Assembly: GCF_030684315.1 (NCBI RefSeq)
Contig: NC_081387.1
Coordinates: forward strand, 5,436,497 to 5,500,496
Length of the DNA: 64,000 bases
From: Stegostoma tigrinum
Taxonomy: Eukaryota
Reading direction: 5' to 3'
Position numbers and translations under genes: made by a program. The notes under the pieces are model-generated. The model made no database searches, was not told where the DNA came from, and saw only the letters and a list, made by a program, of their open reading frames with translations. How positions within the stretch are numbered: position 1 is the stretch's first letter; each line of letters begins with the position of its first letter. Positions 60,732-64,000 of the stretch are shown one piece after another.

Positions 60732-61654
60732 AATTGCAACTTCCAGTAAATATGCAAGACTAAGCAGTCCTGAAGAAAGGCAATACTCTTCCTTTCCTCC
60801 AGATGCTGCCTGGCTTGCTGTGTTCTTCCAGCCTCCTGCTTGTCTACCTTCGATTCCAGCATCTGCAGTTTTTTTTGCCTCTAAGCTCCAGCCAATCAAT
60901 TCAACACAAAGCACGGAAGACTCTCGGATGGATCCTCTTGCACAGACGCAGGAGCATTTCTGTTTCTTTCCTTTATCCTCAATGGATAGTCAGACTTCCT
61001 GACTATGAGAATAGTATCACTGTGTAAAACCTGAACAAGTCTCATTCCTGCACCGTCTTCACTCCTCCCACTTTAATGCAGTTGTACGCAGGAACTGTGC
61101 CTCCTGCAAAAAAAAAGGGACAGAGTATTGGGGAACACTGACCGTACCATTTTGACTGGCATTTTGAAACGCCAATCAGGGACTGGAGTACATATAGCAC
61201 TCTGTCAGTATGTTACATGTCAATCACAATTCACAACCAGTTAGTCCGTGCTGAGAGCGGGACTCCCACTCTGCTCGGGAAAGCTGACATTGTATGAGGA
61301 AGTGTTGTATCACGACAGGCAAACAGCTTAGTTGGGGACGATTTGAACAAGACTGCTCCCGAACATGGGCGCCCTCACCAATACTGATAGAGATTCTAAA
61401 GTACGGCAACGGAAGCCAAACAAACATTAATAATAGCAAAAACAAAGTTGCTGGAAAAGCTCAGCAGGTCTGGCAGCATCTGTGAAGGAGAAAACAGAGT
61501 TAACGTTTTGGGTCCAGTGACCTCAGAGCTGATAGTGGCTGGGAAAACATCAGTTTATGTGCAGAAAACAGGGAGGTGGGTGGGGTAAGAACTAAGTGAT
61601 AGGATAGAGCCCAAAGAGAGAGAAAGATAGTTGGACAGGATTTCCAACCTCTCT

Positions 61655-63110
61655 AATAATGATAAGAAAGTTAAGGCACTTTATCTAAGTGCTCGGAGTA
61701 TTCGCAACAAAGTAGATGAATTAACAGCACAAATCCTCTTGAATGATTATGATGTGGTAGGCATCACAGAGACATGGTTGCAGGGAGTTCAGGACTGGCA
61801 GTTAAACATCCAAGGATTCACAACATATCGAAAAGACAGGGAGATGGGCAGAGGGGGCGGGGTTGCCTTGTTAGTTAAGAATGAAATTAAATCTACGGCA
61901 CTGAATGACATAGGGTCAGAGGATGTGGAGTCTGTGTGGGTGGAGTTGAGGAACCACAAAGGCAAAAAAACTCTAATAGGAGTGATGTACAGACCTCCTA
62001 ACAGTGATCAGGACCAGGGGCGCAAGATGCACTGGGAAATAGATAGGGCATGTCAGAAAGGCAAGGTCACAGTGATCATGGGGGTCTTCAATATGCAGGT
62101 GGACTGGGTGAATCATGTTGCCGGTGGATCCAAAGAAAGAGAATTCATGGAATGTTTGCAGGATGGCTTTTTGGAACAGCTTGTGATGGAGCCCACAACG
62201 GAGCAGGCTATTCTGGACTTAGTGCTACGTAATGAGCCAGACTTTATAAAGAGACCTTAAAGTAAGGGAACACTTAGGAGGCAGCGATCATAATATGGTA
62301 GAGTTCAGTCTGCAGTTTGAAAGAGAGAAGGCAAAATCGGATGTAATGGTGTTACAGTTAAATAAAGGTAATTACAGGGGCATGAGAGAGGAATTGACGA
62401 AAATCGGCTGGAAGCAGAGCCTAGTGGGAAGATAGTAGAGCAAAAATGGCAGGAATTTCTGGGTGTAATTGAGGACACAGTACAGAGGTTCAACCCAAAG
62501 AAAAGAAAGATTATCCGGGGTGGGATTAGACAGCCATGGCTGACAAAGGAAGTCAGGAAATATATCAAAGAAAAAGAGACAGCCTGTAAAGTGGCCAAGA
62601 GCACTGGGAAATCAGAAGATTGGGAAGGCTACAAAAACAAACAGAGGATAACAAAGAGAGCAATAAGGAAAGAGAGGATCAAATATGAAGGTGGGCTAGC
62701 TAGTAATATTAGAAATGATAGTAAAAGCTTCTTTCAATACATAAGTAACAAATGAGAGGCAAAAGTAGACATTGGGTCTCTCCAAACTGATGCTGGAAGG
62801 CTAGTGACGGGAGATAAGGAAATAGCTGAAGAACTTAATAAGTACTTTGCGTCAGTCTTCACAGTGGAAGACATGAGTAGTATGCCAACAATTAGGGAGA
62901 GCCGGGGGCAGAGTTGAGTACGGTAGGCATTACAAAAGAGAAAGTGCTAGAAAAACTAAAAGGCCTAAAATTTGATAAATCTCCTGGTCCCGATGGGCTA
63001 CATCCTAGAGTTCTGAGGGAGGTGGCTGAGGAAATAGCAGAGGCTTTGGTTGTGATCTTTCAAAAGTCACTGCAGTCAGGAAAAGTACCAGATGATTGGA
63101 AAATTGCTGT
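61655..63110 (+). mobile_element. CR1-type LINE ORF2 5' part (APE endonuclease and linker), relatively young, disrupted
   Basis: ARSIRNKVDEL, VGITETWL, RKDR..GRGGGV, MYRPPNS, ILDLVL and KSPGPDGLHPRVL motifs; a frameshift near 62255 and later stops. Confidence 0.93.
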
Positions 63111-63319
63111 TGAAGTCAGACGGTCATCCATCCGTTTGTTTCCCATGCTCTGACATTATGTATTATGAGACTATTATGCGGCGCATTTTCAAAGCCGTTT
63201 CAAACATCTGGATAAACCACATCTATTACTTTATTGTTCATTATTTGCAACAGTAGTGGTTCTGCCACCGGTCTGTGTGGAACACTCATTTTCATCATTT
63301 GGCAATCTAAATGTGATCA

Positions 63320-63466
63320 GAGATAATGGGAACTGCAGATGCTGGAGAATCCGAGATAACAAAGTGTGAAGCTAGATGAACACAGCAGGCCGAGCAGCAC
63401 CTAAGGTGTGCTCCTAAGATGCTGCTCGGCCTGCTGTATTCATCCAGCTCCACACTTTGATATCTT
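63320..63466. repeat. Palindromic Penelope terminal fragment pair
   Basis: AGATAACAAAGTGTGAAGCTAGATGAACACAGCAGGCCGAGCAGCA is followed by its near-perfect reverse complement. Confidence 0.75.
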
Positions 63467-64000
63467 AAATGTCTACAATTTTTGTTTTCTGGTTTGCAGT
63501 TAGCTTACTACCCATTTAGATATTTGTCTCCCATTTCTATATTATTAACCTATATTCTTAATCTATGTGCTATACGTTATCTGTGACATTTCAAATATAT
63601 TGACTTGATTTTAACTCACTTGAACCTACTGTATAAAGTTAAAATCAGGCCCATTGTCAACTGGTGTGCCCTTACTTCCCCCTTCTATTACTTTCTCAAA
63701 ATTATGGAAGTATGTTAAAGCAAGATCTTCCATTTTGAAATCAGTGCAGAGAACTCTATTATGTTTTCAGTTTCTAGCTGTTTTCCTAATTATTCCATTC
63801 CCCAACAGATCCTGCTTCCACCAGTAGTGAAACGGGCATGGAACGTGGCTCATGATTTTATTCACCCCTCATTCTCCTATGTTCCAAGAAGTCCTACCCT
63901 GGCCAATCTCTCCCTATAACTCAGGCCTACTCATCCTGGCAACATCCTCATAAATCTTCATTGCACACTTTCCAGTTTAACTGTGTCTTTCCTAAAAAAG

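Noticed and set aside
1-64000. CRISPR arrays, rRNA, snRNA, BRD2 or MHC class I/II exons
   Set aside because: None recognisable in the sequence.

Overview
Vertebrate genomic DNA, most likely an elasmobranch (shark). The evidence is HE1/V-SINE-type tRNA SINEs, CR1-type LINEs, Penelope-like elements and a shark-type beta-2-microglobulin. The window holds a complete four-exon B2M gene on the minus strand (CDS 13790-13739, 12486-12214, 10356-10346; 111 aa). Its promoter has a perfect ISRE and candidate X/Y boxes, and its 3' UTR is internally duplicated. There are two paralogous effector-less tandem C2H2 zinc-finger genes, both on the minus strand (33395-34507 and 55067-56059; the second has a frameshifted last finger). 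A CCAAT/double-octamer promoter lies at ~42.1 kb, and the 5' end of another minus-strand gene may sit at the left edge. Most of the rest is retroelement debris. The most notable non-obvious signals are: (1) a dispersed set of minimal hammerhead-ribozyme-like motifs with compensatory stem II changes in Penelope termini; (2) the perfect inverted double octamer; (3) several local templated duplications; (4) a non-coding block with clustered TGACAG motifs and an extended let-7 site. I found no clearly new biological system. Repeat boundaries are approximate, and no database searches were run.
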